Positions 48,766-58,181 of a stretch of DNA of 64,000 nt are shown here, piece after piece. Positions within the stretch are counted from its first letter, which is position 1; each line of letters starts with the position of its first letter. The notes beneath the pieces are model-generated. The model had not been told where the DNA came from and made no database searches. It saw only the letters and a program-made list of their open reading frames with translations. The position numbers and the translations under genes were made by a program. Source of the DNA: a virus (taxonomy: Duplodnaviria; Caudoviricetes); IMG/VR virus record IMGVR_UViG_3300010282_000007, positions 6,297-70,296 of that record, one strand, 5' to 3'.

Positions 48766-49701
48766 TCAAAACGGAATATAAGGCTGTATTCTTTTCCAAT
48801 TACTATTGTCGGTAATTGTGTAGTTTGCAAACCACGAAGCATACCTCGTAGCATACCGCCTACATCCATCAGGATTTCTTTTCTGCAATTCTTTGTAACC
48901 CATGTAAGCATAAAAGAAATCGCATTCCCTCTCAAATCCAAACAAACGTATCGCTTTGTCTAAGCCACCAACTTTCCTCCAATTAGGAAACCACGATGCA
49001 ACAAACTTTTGGACGCTATATGAAATGGGGCATCCAAGTTCATCTTCATTGACATTCCAAAGGTCTATGCCAATGCCATCAGACGTTCCCATTATCATCA
49101 AGAAAAGCCGCAACTTGTACGGATGGTCTCTCACACCGCAGTCATTGCAGATTATCGACAACGTTTCAAACATTGTTTGATGATTTTCAAACGATACCCT
49201 GTAAACAAGTTCGCCGATTGTTTTGCAACGTGGAATGCGACGGGTTTCGTCAGGATAAAGTTTGTGCCACAACTTGTCAAAAAGCCTTGCAATTCGCCAG
49301 TTAACGACACCGCCAACGCGCTTGTTTTGCACCGCGCCAAGAGAAAGCGCGACAAACTCCCTGTTGTCAAACCATTTCCTTGGATGTTCGCCAAGAAGTT
49401 CTCTAAAGGCGGGGATTCTTGCAAAATACCCATCGTCGTAAATGAGCAGACCAGCGATGGCTGCGATTTCCTTGTCGAGCGGGTCTTCGTAGTACGATGG
49501 AAGGATGGCGCAAGGCATTAGACTAAACTCTCCGTTTGACTTGTATCTCCTTGCCAGCTCTTTCAGCCAAGGGATGTGCGGCTTGGCGAAACTTGTAAAG
49601 TATTCTGCGGCGATGTGCTGCCTCATTGCTTTTCTTTTGCTCAGTTCAAGCGCACGTTCAAACCTTTTCCTCTCTATTCTATCCTTCTCCTTTTTCTCCA
49701 T
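48766..49701 (-). CDS. Hypothetical protein, distant DUF2400/TIGR02757-like, 311 aa
   Basis: DKEIAAIAGLL and KLRLFLMIMGTSDGIGIDLW..L.CP resemble DUF2400 motifs. Confidence 0.4.
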   Translation of the reverse strand: MEKKEKDRIERKRFERALELSKRKAMRQHIAAEYFTSFAKPHIPWLKELARRYKSNGEFSLMPCAILPSYYEDPLDKEIAAIAGLLIYDDGYFARIPAFRELLGEHPRKWFDNREFVALSLGAVQNKRVGGVVNWRIARLFDKLWHKLYPDETRRIPRCKTIGELVYRVSFENHQTMFETLSIICNDCGVRDHPYKLRLFLMIMGTSDGIGIDLWNVNEDELGCPISYSVQKFVASWFPNWRKVGGLDKAIRLFGFERECDFFYAYMGYKELQKRNPDGCRRYATRYASWFANYTITDNSNWKRIQPYIPF

Positions 49702-50017
49702 CGCCAGCCTTGATGTTTATTCTCACCACCTTGCCTTTGTTGTCGCGTTCATAGGTGGCGTAAAGAATGCAATCCTCGTAGAGCCATTTCCGCATATTCT
49801 TCTTGTCAAGCAGAAAGCGAACCATTGCCTCTCCAGCAAGTTTCCTGTATTTCTTGTCAAGCGGAAAGTATTCGTAACTTGGCGATGATAGCGGCGCAGT
49901 ACTTTTTGCGTAGCATTTTACGCTTGGGACGATGCTGAAATTAAAGTCGTTCTGCAATTTCAGCAACACCTTCAGCGCACCATCAATCTCCGCGCTCTCA
50001 ATCATTAGCGTGTTCAT
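49679..50017 (-). CDS. Hypothetical protein, 112 aa
   Basis: ORF in the operon. Confidence 0.6.
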   Translation of the reverse strand: MNTLMIESAEIDGALKVLLKLQNDFNFSIVPSVKCYAKSTAPLSSPSYEYFPLDKKYRKLAGEAMVRFLLDKKNMRKWLYEDCILYATYERDNKGKVVRINIKAGDGEKGEG

Positions 50018-50804
50018 CTTTTCGCACGTTTAGTTTGTTGAGGTTAATGGTCATTTGCACCATCCTGCTTATATTCTTCTCTCTCATGTACGTTCCTATG
50101 TTCTTGGCGTGTACGTTTTGCGAGAAAGCGGGAATGACTGCATACAAGAAATTTTTGTTGCTCGATTGCAGCAACTCAAACATGTCGAGAGATTCCGCGC
50201 ATGTGAACTTTGCGGCTGCATTTGATGTTGTTACAAGCCGCAGCCTATTCCCATCCAGCCTTGCAAAGTATTTCGTTTCTTGCTTGCCACGTTTGCTTGT
50301 GCAAGTAATCATCATGATTGGGGTGAGAAGCAGGTTTATCAGGTCAAGGTATATCGGGCATACAGAAAATCTCTCGTTGCAAGTTCTCCGGAGGTTGTCG
50401 CGCGTTCTTTCGGCCTCTTTGTAGTCAAGGCTTACTTCTGCATCCTCAATGTCTTCAGTCAACCATGGACGGCCATCTGTTGTGACCGACATCAGCCTGG
50501 TGTAATATCCGTCAACGGCTCCTTCCTCGTCATGGTGGCAGATTACCCAAAACTCTTTTGTCTCGAATTTTTTCAAGAACGTAGTGTAATCGTCGCAGAA
50601 AACTTTTGCTTGAGGGAAATCCTTTTTCACTCGATTCATTGAAAGTACGATAATTCCATCGTCTTCGCAGTCCATGCTTTCAAGGGAGAATGGCGTGTAT
50701 TCGATGCGCTCTCCCCGGAACCATCGTTTCGGCTTGTACGACTTTACGAAACGGATAACACCATGCTTGTCTTCCGATTCCAAAAAATAGATTATCTTTT
50801 CCAT
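49998..50804 (-). CDS. Hypothetical protein, 268 aa
   Basis: ORF in the operon. Confidence 0.7.
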   Translation of the reverse strand: MEKIIYFLESEDKHGVIRFVKSYKPKRWFRGERIEYTPFSLESMDCEDDGIIVLSMNRVKKDFPQAKVFCDDYTTFLKKFETKEFWVICHHDEEGAVDGYYTRLMSVTTDGRPWLTEDIEDAEVSLDYKEAERTRDNLRRTCNERFSVCPIYLDLINLLLTPIMMITCTSKRGKQETKYFARLDGNRLRLVTTSNAAAKFTCAESLDMFELLQSSNKNFLYAVIPAFSQNVHAKNIGTYMREKNISRMVQMTINLNKLNVRKDEHAND

Positions 50805-50807
50805 ATC

Positions 50808-51581
50808 CTAAAATAACTTTTGTTCCTTTAACCTCGCCTTGACGCGTTTCTCGCAAATTTCGTAGTATTTGTCGGAAAGTTCAATTCCTATCCAATCGCG
50901 CTTTTCGTCTATTGCGGCGATTATTGTACTGCCGCTACCTGCAAACGTGTCAAGCACCAATTCCCCTTCGTTTGAATAAGTCTTTATCAGCCACCTTAAC
51001 AATGGGACTGGCTTTGCCGTACTATGCAGCCAATCTTCACTATTATGGCCTTTGGCAAAAGTGATTATCGTTCCAGGGTACTTGTAATCAGACATAACCA
51101 CTTCCGCTTTTCCAAACTTTCCGTAACAAGTGTTCGTCTGCGCTCCCTCTTGTTTCCCTCGGCTATGATTCCTTTGGTGTGGTCCGGCATAAACCATTTG
51201 AGGGTTGTATGTCGGCAACTTCTTGTAGAACACCAGCACTTGCTCATGCTGTCGCATCGGCATGCGCTTGCAGTTGAGGAAATTTGACTTTCGGACTTTG
51301 TTCCACACAATATCGTATTTATACCAACTTGGGTTGCTCATTATCAACTTGGCGGCGAACAGACCTTGGCCGAAAAGGAGTATCGCACCATTTGGCTTGA
51401 CAATGCGCTTGTATTGTTTCCACAACGCTTTCAAGTCAACCTCCTTGTCCCATTGTGCATCGGGATTGCTCTTGTTAAGCGTATTGTACGGAGGGTCTGC
51501 AAGCACAAGGTCAACGCTATGGTCAGGTATCTCCCTCATGATTTCAAGGCAATCTCCTTTGTATAGTTTGTTTCTTTCCAT
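50808..51581 (-). CDS. N4C/N6A DNA methyltransferase, beta class (MTase 5), 257 aa
   Basis: DPPY before HSTAKP and LDTFAGSGS. Confidence 0.92.
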   Translation of the reverse strand: MERNKLYKGDCLEIMREIPDHSVDLVLADPPYNTLNKSNPDAQWDKEVDLKALWKQYKRIVKPNGAILLFGQGLFAAKLIMSNPSWYKYDIVWNKVRKSNFLNCKRMPMRQHEQVLVFYKKLPTYNPQMVYAGPHQRNHSRGKQEGAQTNTCYGKFGKAEVVMSDYKYPGTIITFAKGHNSEDWLHSTAKPVPLLRWLIKTYSNEGELVLDTFAGSGSTIIAAIDEKRDWIGIELSDKYYEICEKRVKARLKEQKLF

Positions 51582-51591
51582 TATTTAAAAC

Positions 51592-52155
51592 TTAAAATAA
51601 TGTCAGTTGTCGTTTCTCTTCCTTTATTCGCTTGCATGCTTTTTCGTAGTATTCTTTGTTGAGTTCAAATGACCATTCAAGCCCGCAAGCCTTTTTCTTT
51701 CTTCCGTGTAAGCACGAAGAAATGTTATTCAAAGAAACACCAAAAGCATTTGCTGCTTGAGTAATACTATCAAATGACTCTACTAATATTCCATCTTTAA
51801 AGGCATAAACTTTCTTTCGGTGTTTCTTTGCGATTTTTTCTCTATTTCCATTGTAATTAAGATTGTAAGATGGGCTACACCATTCTAAATTCCAAACTGC
51901 ATTGTTTTGTTTATCTTCATCTTTATGATTTATTAGGTGTTTACCTTCTTCTTTTGGAATAAATGCCAACGCTACAAGCCTATGCACCCTTAACTGTTTA
52001 CCATGAAGAGAAACAAAAAAATATCCTTTTCTGTCAACACAAGGAGTCAATATTTTCTCTATGCCAGTCTTATTGAAAGATAGGCTCTTGATATTACCAT
52101 AGTTTGATACCATATACCCACTATGACCGTCTATTACTTTCCATTCTTCTTTCAT
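51592..52155 (-). CDS. NUMOD4-HNH-NUMOD1 homing endonuclease, 187 aa
   Basis: EEWKVIDG..YMVSNYG, RVHRLVALAF, NHKDEDKQNNAVWNLEW, ESFDSITQAA. AT-rich. Its C-terminus resembles an MTase tail. Confidence 0.9.
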   Translation of the reverse strand: MKEEWKVIDGHSGYMVSNYGNIKSLSFNKTGIEKILTPCVDRKGYFFVSLHGKQLRVHRLVALAFIPKEEGKHLINHKDEDKQNNAVWNLEWCSPSYNLNYNGNREKIAKKHRKKVYAFKDGILVESFDSITQAANAFGVSLNNISSCLHGRKKKACGLEWSFELNKEYYEKACKRIKEEKRQLTLF

Positions 52156-52918
52156 TTGAAATCAAGTGTTAGTTGAGATTTTTCAATTTCTATTCTTTTA
52201 AGTGCTTTCTTATAATACTCTTCATTAAGTTCAAAACCAACGAAATGACGCTTTTCTTTCAAGCAAGCGATAGCAGTTGTTCCTGACCCAATACAGTTGT
52301 CAAGTACGACATTACCTTTGTTTGTGAATGTCCTGACAAGATAACGCACCAAGTCAAGAGGTTTTTGAGTTGGATGAATGACATTCCCATCATCACGCCC
52401 TTTCGTAAAACACACAATGGACGTTGGAAATTTTTCGTCTGCGATTACAGGTTGTGTCTGCGCATATTCGTTGTAGCATCTATTTGCCCCCCCTTACCAT
52501 GGTTTCGATAATGTGGTTCGCTTGGCATCATTTGTGGGTTATATGTTGGTAAAGACTTGTAAAACACGCAGATGTCTTCGTGTCTTCTTAGCGGCATGCG
52601 CCTTGCATTAAGAAATCCCGTAGGCCACAATTTATCCCAAATGATGTTGTATCTCCACCAACTTCTATTGCTTTGCATAAGGTCTGCGGTGAACATTCCT
52701 TGGGAGAATAGGATAATGGCCGCGTTATCCTTAACGACACGCTTATACTGCTCCCAAAGTGGCTCGAAAGGTATTACTACATCCCATTTTGCATGAATGT
52801 TGCCTTTCCCAAGAACCCCATACGGCAAATCGCAAATGATAGCGTCTATGCTACCATCCGGGATTTTCCGCATACCAACAAGACAATCCTCATTGTAGAT
52901 GGTGTCGAGTTCAATCAT
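52152..52918 (-). pseudogene. Beta-class amino-MTase (MTase 4) frameshifted at a G7 tract, possibly phase-OFF
   Basis: DLPY half (52445-52918) and HPTQKP/LDNCIGSG half join if G7 (52487-52493) becomes G8: ...KGGANRCYNEYAQTQPVIADEKFPTSIV. Confidence 0.85.
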
Positions 52919-53627
52919 TAAACAAATCTCCTTGCCTATAAGTGTTTTTTATACGTTTCGCGCAAACATCATGAAACTTTTCGTCAATCTCAAATCCAAC
53001 GTAGTTGCGCCCGGTGTTTATACAGGCGATAGCGGTTGTTCCACTACCCATAAATGGGTCGAGAACAGTTTCTCCTTTGTTCGTGCTATTCTTGATAAGG
53101 AACTGGAATAAAGGTACTGGTTTTGCGGAATCGTGCAAGTTTGCTCCGCTTTTGTCTTTTGGTTTGACATTTGGAATGCTGATTACATCCGAAGAGCCAC
53201 ATTCGTTGATTGGACGCGCTTTGCCCTTTCTAAGAAATAGGATGTACTCAAATTGGTTCATGTAGAAAGCACCCATTATCTTTTGCCCCTTTTCCCAAAT
53301 CAGACATTTCACGAAATGGAATTTACTTTCATCTATCACTTTCAGGAAATGTGTCAGATTGACATGATTGCACATGATGTAACAATGCGTTCCGTCCTTC
53401 AGCACGCGATAGAACTCAGGCAAGTAGTCTTCAATGTTGATGTCGTTATGTTTGAATATTTTGCCTTTTAGCGAAAGTTCGGTGCGCATCATCCCACCGC
53501 TATTGCCAGCGTTTCCGCGAGAGGTTATCTTGTATGGTGGGTCGGTCACTATGCAGTCGATGCTTTCATCGGGAATGTCCTTCATTCCAACCAGACAGTC
53601 GGTGTTGAGTATTTTATTTAGTTCCAT
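52911..53627 (-). CDS. N4C/N6A DNA methyltransferase, beta class (MTase 3), 238 aa
   Basis: DPPY, HDSAKP, LDPFMGSG. Confidence 0.92.
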   Translation of the reverse strand: MELNKILNTDCLVGMKDIPDESIDCIVTDPPYKITSRGNAGNSGGMMRTELSLKGKIFKHNDINIEDYLPEFYRVLKDGTHCYIMCNHVNLTHFLKVIDESKFHFVKCLIWEKGQKIMGAFYMNQFEYILFLRKGKARPINECGSSDVISIPNVKPKDKSGANLHDSAKPVPLFQFLIKNSTNKGETVLDPFMGSGTTAIACINTGRNYVGFEIDEKFHDVCAKRIKNTYRQGDLFND

Positions 53628-53633
53628 TGTTTT

Positions 53634-54413
53634 TCAAAATAATTTCGGTTGTTGCAGTTCCTCCTTTACACGCTTGCAAGCAATGTCATAATACTTCTTC
53701 TCCTTTTCAATACAGATAAAATGTCGCTTCTCCCTTATGCAGGCCACGGCGAGGCTTCCACTTCCACAGCAGTTATCTAAAATAGTGTCTTGCTTATCCG
53801 TGTATGTCAGCACAAGGTAGCGAAGCAAGTCAACGGGTTTCTGCGTTGGGTGATACCCCCCCCTGTCACGGTTGAAACGCAGAATGTTTGTCGGGTATCT
53901 TTCGCCTTCGTTTACGGTAACGTGGCCGCATACGCTTGGAGAGCGACTCATCACGGCATACGCTGCATTCCTCTTGTTGCCGTTCTTGCATACATACGGC
54001 TTGCCCTTCGTCTTCTGTGGGTTGTACTTCATTTTTATGCCATTTGGAGAGTACGAAATTCCGCCGTAACTGAACACCGCAATGTCCTCCGTCTTTTTAA
54101 GAGGGCAGTAGTTCGCATTGACAAAGTTCGTCCCCATTTCCTTTTCCCAAATCCAGTTGTATTTCCACATCTTTATGTTTGAGGAAATAAGGTAGGTTGT
54201 GAAAGGCTGTTGGCAGAATAGTACGATTGCGCCGTTTGGCTTGATTATACGGGTGTAAGCGTCCCATAGCGGCTCGAATGGAATGGCGCAGTCCCATTTC
54301 ATTCCGGTAGTGTTGTAGGGAAGGTCGCAGATGATGGCATCAATGCTTTCGTCAGGTATCTCCCGCATCAACTCCAAGCAATCGCCGTGGTGTATCTTGT
54401 CTAACTCAATCAT
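53634..54413 (-). CDS. N4C/N6A DNA methyltransferase, beta class (MTase 2), 259 aa, in-frame G8 tract
   Basis: DLPY, HPTQKP, LDNCCGSG; AGG GGG GGG at 53856-53863. Confidence 0.92.
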   Translation of the reverse strand: MIELDKIHHGDCLELMREIPDESIDAIICDLPYNTTGMKWDCAIPFEPLWDAYTRIIKPNGAIVLFCQQPFTTYLISSNIKMWKYNWIWEKEMGTNFVNANYCPLKKTEDIAVFSYGGISYSPNGIKMKYNPQKTKGKPYVCKNGNKRNAAYAVMSRSPSVCGHVTVNEGERYPTNILRFNRDRGGYHPTQKPVDLLRYLVLTYTDKQDTILDNCCGSGSLAVACIREKRHFICIEKEKKYYDIACKRVKEELQQPKLF

Positions 54414-54414
54414 T

Positions 54415-55110
54415 TCAGAATAACTTTAATTGTTTGGCAGTTGTTCCGTCTTTCATACCGACAATTCCGAAACACTCTTTCACGAAACGTTCGCAACCTT
54501 GGTCGTAATATTCTTTGTCTATCTCGCAGCCGACAAAATCGAACCCCAACTTGTAGGCAGCTATTCGGCTGCTGCCGCTTCCAAGCATAGGGTCAAAGAT
54601 GTTGTCGCCGGACTTTGCGAAATTGTTAAGCAAGTATGCGTATAGTTCAACAGGCTTTTGAGTCGGATGTATCTTACCACCTCGCCTGTTGTCATACTTG
54701 AAAAGTTTCGCTGGCTTGTCAAAACTCGTCCAAGCATACTCGCATTGTGAAAAGTTCGGCCATGGTTGCACCTTGTCCCAACATACAAAACAACGTGTCG
54801 GCGGCAAGTCAAAATAGTTTCCTCCCCAAATGATTACATTCTCGCAAACTCTGAAAAGTTCGTCAAAGAACTCCCTGGGAGGTGTCTTGTCCCATTGAGA
54901 AAACTTGCCTGCAGATTGGTTGAGTATTCTTCCTCTCAACTTCCCCGCGCCTTTGTATGAAGATTTGCGCTTGTCTATTTGTCGTGTGCCTATTTGATAC
55001 GGAGGGTCTGCGATGCCAAGCGAAAATTCCTTGTCTTTGCAACCTCTCATAAACTCAAGGCAGTCGATGTTGTAAACTTGGCTTGAAGGTTTAATCTTCT
55101 TCTCCATCAA
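54415..55110 (-). CDS. N4C/N6A DNA methyltransferase, beta class (MTase 1), 231 aa
   Basis: DPPY, HPTQKP, FDPMLGSGS. Confidence 0.92.
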   Translation of the reverse strand: MMEKKIKPSSQVYNIDCLEFMRGCKDKEFSLGIADPPYQIGTRQIDKRKSSYKGAGKLRGRILNQSAGKFSQWDKTPPREFFDELFRVCENVIIWGGNYFDLPPTRCFVCWDKVQPWPNFSQCEYAWTSFDKPAKLFKYDNRRGGKIHPTQKPVELYAYLLNNFAKSGDNIFDPMLGSGSSRIAAYKLGFDFVGCEIDKEYYDQGCERFVKECFGIVGMKDGTTAKQLKLF

Positions 55111-55551
55111 TTACTTGATAATTAAACGCTTCCAACTTTCCGACGCATTCTCAAAATGAAGACCATTCCGGGGAGTGCCACTATTGATTGCATTCCAAAG
55201 CGATTTATGGGACAACCCCAAATGGTCGCAGCACTCTCTAATGGAACTATACACCTTTCCAGTCTCAACGCACAAGACAGGACGCTCCCAATACTTTTTC
55301 GGTCTTGTCCTTACCGATGCCGCCAAATCAGCAGGAAGTTCTATCACATCCTTGCAACGCTGCTCTGACTGCGTGATTTCACTTTCAACATGCTTGTCGG
55401 GATATTGCTCGAAAGAACGCATGTCAAACACGCAAATCTCGCAATCCTTGTAAAACGCCCTCACCGTCGCAAGGTCATCAAGTGTTTCGGCAAAGTACAA
55501 GTTCGCATTCTTGCCATTCACGAAAACAGACACAAAATAGTTATTCTTCAT
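55111..55551 (-). CDS. NUMOD1/IENR1-like DNA-binding protein, 146 aa
   Basis: RPVLCVETGKVYSSIRECCDHLG. Confidence 0.6.
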   Translation of the reverse strand: MKNNYFVSVFVNGKNANLYFAETLDDLATVRAFYKDCEICVFDMRSFEQYPDKHVESEITQSEQRCKDVIELPADLAASVRTRPKKYWERPVLCVETGKVYSSIRECCDHLGLSHKSLWNAINSGTPRNGLHFENASESWKRLIIK

Positions 55552-55777
55552 CGAAAGTCAATGTTAATGTTAGTTTCAATGGCTCGTCCTCCCATTTCAT
55601 AGGAGGGAGGTTTAAGCCGAAAGTCTCCATCCAAGCGACGGTGGAGGAAATAAAGCCGTACATCCTTCCCTCCCAAACGCGCCATTCCTCATTGCGAACA
55701 GGACGGCCAAGAAACACGCAGCATTGGCCGCTACCATTGGCCGCATAGTATAGTTCGGTGACAACTCCCATACTCAC
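55541..55777 (-). CDS. Hypothetical protein, 78 aa
   Basis: ORF with overlaps on both sides. Confidence 0.6.
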   Translation of the reverse strand: MSMGVVTELYYAANGSGQCCVFLGRPVRNEEWRVWEGRMYGFISSTVAWMETFGLNLPPMKWEDEPLKLTLTLTFDEE

Positions 55778-56223
55778 TTCCCTGTCGAGCCGTAGCCATT
55801 CTTGCCGCGATTTGTGTCGGACAATTCGTCAACCTCCACAAACACGATGCCTTCGGTAAATCCAATCTTCAACTGGCCGATGCGGTCGCCAACCTCGTAT
55901 TTGGGCATATCGGGGAAAACATGGTAGAATACTCCAGACACCTCGCCCCTATATCCTTCATCAATAGTGCTAATGCAATTAGCGAGTACCATTCCCGTCT
56001 TCCATATTGACGAACGTGGCCTTATGTCAATGCTCAAGTCAACTTCCATTTCCTCACAAAGTTCATCCCTTTGTATCTCAAAGGCAAGTCCAATCCCATA
56101 CTTCCATACGTTCGGCGCAATTTCCTCGCACGATGTCGCAACAACATCGTAGCAAAAATCATCGTTGTGCGCTTTCTTTGGAATGACTGCATCGGGATGC
56201 AGTTTCTTTATCTTTACTATCAT
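55774..56223 (-). CDS. dut: Trimeric dUTPase, 149 aa
   Basis: YDV, RPRSS, TIDEGYRGE, RIGQL, RGKNGYGSTG motifs. Confidence 0.95.
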   Translation of the reverse strand: MIVKIKKLHPDAVIPKKAHNDDFCYDVVATSCEEIAPNVWKYGIGLAFEIQRDELCEEMEVDLSIDIRPRSSIWKTGMVLANCISTIDEGYRGEVSGVFYHVFPDMPKYEVGDRIGQLKIGFTEGIVFVEVDELSDTNRGKNGYGSTGK

Positions 56224-56317
56224 TTCTTTTTTTTGTTAATCGTTAATGATGATAAGAAAACCCCATGCCGACACATTGACATCGGCAAGGGGCAACCAAA
56301 ACAAATAATGAAAAATA

Positions 56318-56797
56318 CTATTCTTCTTTTTCAAGATGTTTGCCAAACTCCAAAACGTCGCAAATCTTCGTCTTTACGATGTCTGCAATTTCGTAGTCTT
56401 CGGTGGTGAACTGATAAACCGCATCGATGATTGCCTTTCGCGCCTCCTCAACGCTTGCAGCCTGGACGAGGTGGTAGTGCGATTTCACCTTCGTCTTCAT
56501 TCCGCTGCGTGTTTCAGTAATCTCCGGGATGCAGACCTTGACCTTGAAGAAACTTTCGGCATCCGTATTCTCGTTGAAACACACCGTGCCGTACTTCGGC
56601 CTTGACATCGCCGTTACCTTGACGGGGCGGTTGGCATACTCCATTTCCTTTGTAATTCTCGTTTCTCCGTCAATGAACGTCGCAGCCTCAACCACGTACT
56701 TCTCTTTTTTCTCTTTCAACACTCCGTTCTCGTTGATTTCGTCAAAGGCTATGGTTACTTCAAACCAAAAACCGCTTCTGTTTCTAAGATGTTCCAT
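56318..56797 (-). CDS. DUF4494-like protein, 159 aa
   Basis: WFEVTI...KEKYVVEAATFIDGETRI and FFKVKV...HLVQAASVEEA duplicated-domain pattern typical of Bacteroidetes. Confidence 0.65.
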   Translation of the reverse strand: MEHLRNRSGFWFEVTIAFDEINENGVLKEKKEKYVVEAATFIDGETRITKEMEYANRPVKVTAMSRPKYGTVCFNENTDAESFFKVKVCIPEITETRSGMKTKVKSHYHLVQAASVEEARKAIIDAVYQFTTEDYEIADIVKTKICDVLEFGKHLEKEE

Positions 56798-56835
56798 TTC
56801 TTTTTAATGATTAAGTAAAACTATTGTAGTTGTTG

Positions 56836-57387
56836 TTAAAACAGCGTAAGTTGAACTGGTTTCCCCTTTTCAATATCCATGTCCTTCTCCACATATAGTT
56901 TTCTGAACATGTGGTACATCGGGGAAACGACAATACTGTTGCCTGCAAGGCGATAGTGTGAACTGTTTGAAAGCGGACTTCCAAGCAGCGTGTTTATGTC
57001 GTTTTCGCCAACATTCATCAGTCTGTAACATTCCCTTGGGGTCAACTTCCTTATCCGCATGGCAACAGGCGTGATGTCCTCGTAGAACTGAATAAGTGCT
57101 TTCCTCTGCCAGTCGAACGGCATTTGCATTTGGTCTTTCACCTTGTCGAGCAGTTCCTTCAGCCTTCCGCTTGGCTTCCATTCGTCGAAAATGGCACAAA
57201 GTCCGCTGACAATCTTGTCGGGTATCTCTGCACGTTCTTCTTTGCTATTTCGCAACTTGTTAAGTTCCGGGAAGACTATCTTGAACACTTTCAGGCATTC
57301 GTCTTGGGTGTGTTCCTTCCCATAAAGTTTTCTGCAAGCACGATAAACCACACGCACTTGCTTATGAAAATCTCTTTTATGTTTCAT
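56836..57387 (-). CDS. C5-cytosine MTase C-terminal part (helical insert plus motifs IX-X), 183 aa
   Basis: RIRKLTPRECYRLM (IX), YRLAGNSIVV (X); ends QLTLF. Confidence 0.9.
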   Translation of the reverse strand: MKHKRDFHKQVRVVYRACRKLYGKEHTQDECLKVFKIVFPELNKLRNSKEERAEIPDKIVSGLCAIFDEWKPSGRLKELLDKVKDQMQMPFDWQRKALIQFYEDITPVAMRIRKLTPRECYRLMNVGENDINTLLGSPLSNSSHYRLAGNSIVVSPMYHMFRKLYVEKDMDIEKGKPVQLTLF

Positions 57388-57529
57388 ATATCTCGATTAT
57401 TGTTGTCATCGTTGCACCATCGGTTCTTAGCAATGTTGCTCCGCCAAACTTGTAGCAACCTGCAAGAATTGTCTTTGAAACTTTTAATTTTTCAGAAGTG
57501 TCGTAGTTGTGGAATTTAATGCGTTTCAT
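57377..57529 (-). CDS. TRD-like mini-ORF M14, 50 aa
   Basis: MKRIKFHNYDTSEKLKVSKTILAGCYKFGGATLLRTDGATMTTIIEIYET. Confidence 0.7.
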   Translation of the reverse strand: MKRIKFHNYDTSEKLKVSKTILAGCYKFGGATLLRTDGATMTTIIEIYET

Positions 57530-57710
57530 AGACTTCTGCGCATAGATTGTCTTTGGTTGCTGCGGTTGTCACAGTACTCATTACCGGACCGACAAGCACA
57601 CCGTATTTCCCTTTGGAGTAAGTCGCTCCTACATCGCCGTATAAGTGCCGTCTAAGCCGTTCTTCTGCGGTTCTCGCCCTTGCCACGCATAGAGCGTTAA
57701 TACGTTTCAT
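57516..57710 (-). CDS. TRD-like mini-ORF M13, 64 aa
   Basis: MKRINALCVARART...PVMSTVTTAATKDNLCAEVYETH. Confidence 0.7.
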   Translation of the reverse strand: MKRINALCVARARTAEERLRRHLYGDVGATYSKGKYGVLVGPVMSTVTTAATKDNLCAEVYETH

Positions 57711-57894
57711 AACAATCAAGGTAAAGCAAATGTGCCATATTTGTTGCTTGAATTGCAGGCGAAACAAAGCGTGTCACTCTTGTTCGCCGTGTGTTGCTAT
57801 TTGGAAATGAATTGTCAAGAATTGTTCCTACCTCCCACAACTGACATCTTCCGTTTGGAAGCCGTATGAGAAAACCTTCCCTCTTATGTTTCAT
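57697..57894 (-). CDS. TRD-like mini-ORF M12, 65 aa
   Basis: ...DNSFPNSNTRRTRVTRFVSPAIQATNMAHLLYLDCYETY; resembles the SYPNSKTRRGRV unit seen in C5-MTase variable regions. Confidence 0.75.
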   Translation of the reverse strand: MKHKREGFLIRLPNGRCQLWEVGTILDNSFPNSNTRRTRVTRFVSPAIQATNMAHLLYLDCYETY

Positions 57895-58039
57895 AAACAC
57901 AAGAAATGTATGAAGAGTTATATCCTGAAACCTTGCTGCAACCACCAAGCGTAGCAGAAATGCCGTCTGTTGAATACAATCGGCCAGCCATCGAACGATG
58001 CTCCCAACCAAATACAAAGCCTATCCTCTTAATCTTCAT
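57884..58039 (-). CDS. TRD-like mini-ORF M11, 51 aa
   Basis: MKIKRIGFVFGWEHRSMAGRLYSTDGISATLGGCSKVSGYNSSYISCVYET. Confidence 0.75.
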   Translation of the reverse strand: MKIKRIGFVFGWEHRSMAGRLYSTDGISATLGGCSKVSGYNSSYISCVYET

Positions 58040-58181
58040 AGACAATCCTTACTATTGGGCGCATAGAGCCGCTATGCGCAGAAGATTCCGTCAAGCAGTT
58101 GCATACTATCATTGGATGGTAATTGCGAATATTCCCCTTTTCGTCCCTTGACCATCCATAAAGCAACAACTTACGTTTCAT
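58029..58181 (-). CDS. TRD-like mini-ORF M10, 50 aa
   Basis: MKRKLLLYGWSRDEKGNIRNYHPMIVCNCLTESSAHSGSMRPIVRIVYED. Confidence 0.7.
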   Translation of the reverse strand: MKRKLLLYGWSRDEKGNIRNYHPMIVCNCLTESSAHSGSMRPIVRIVYED

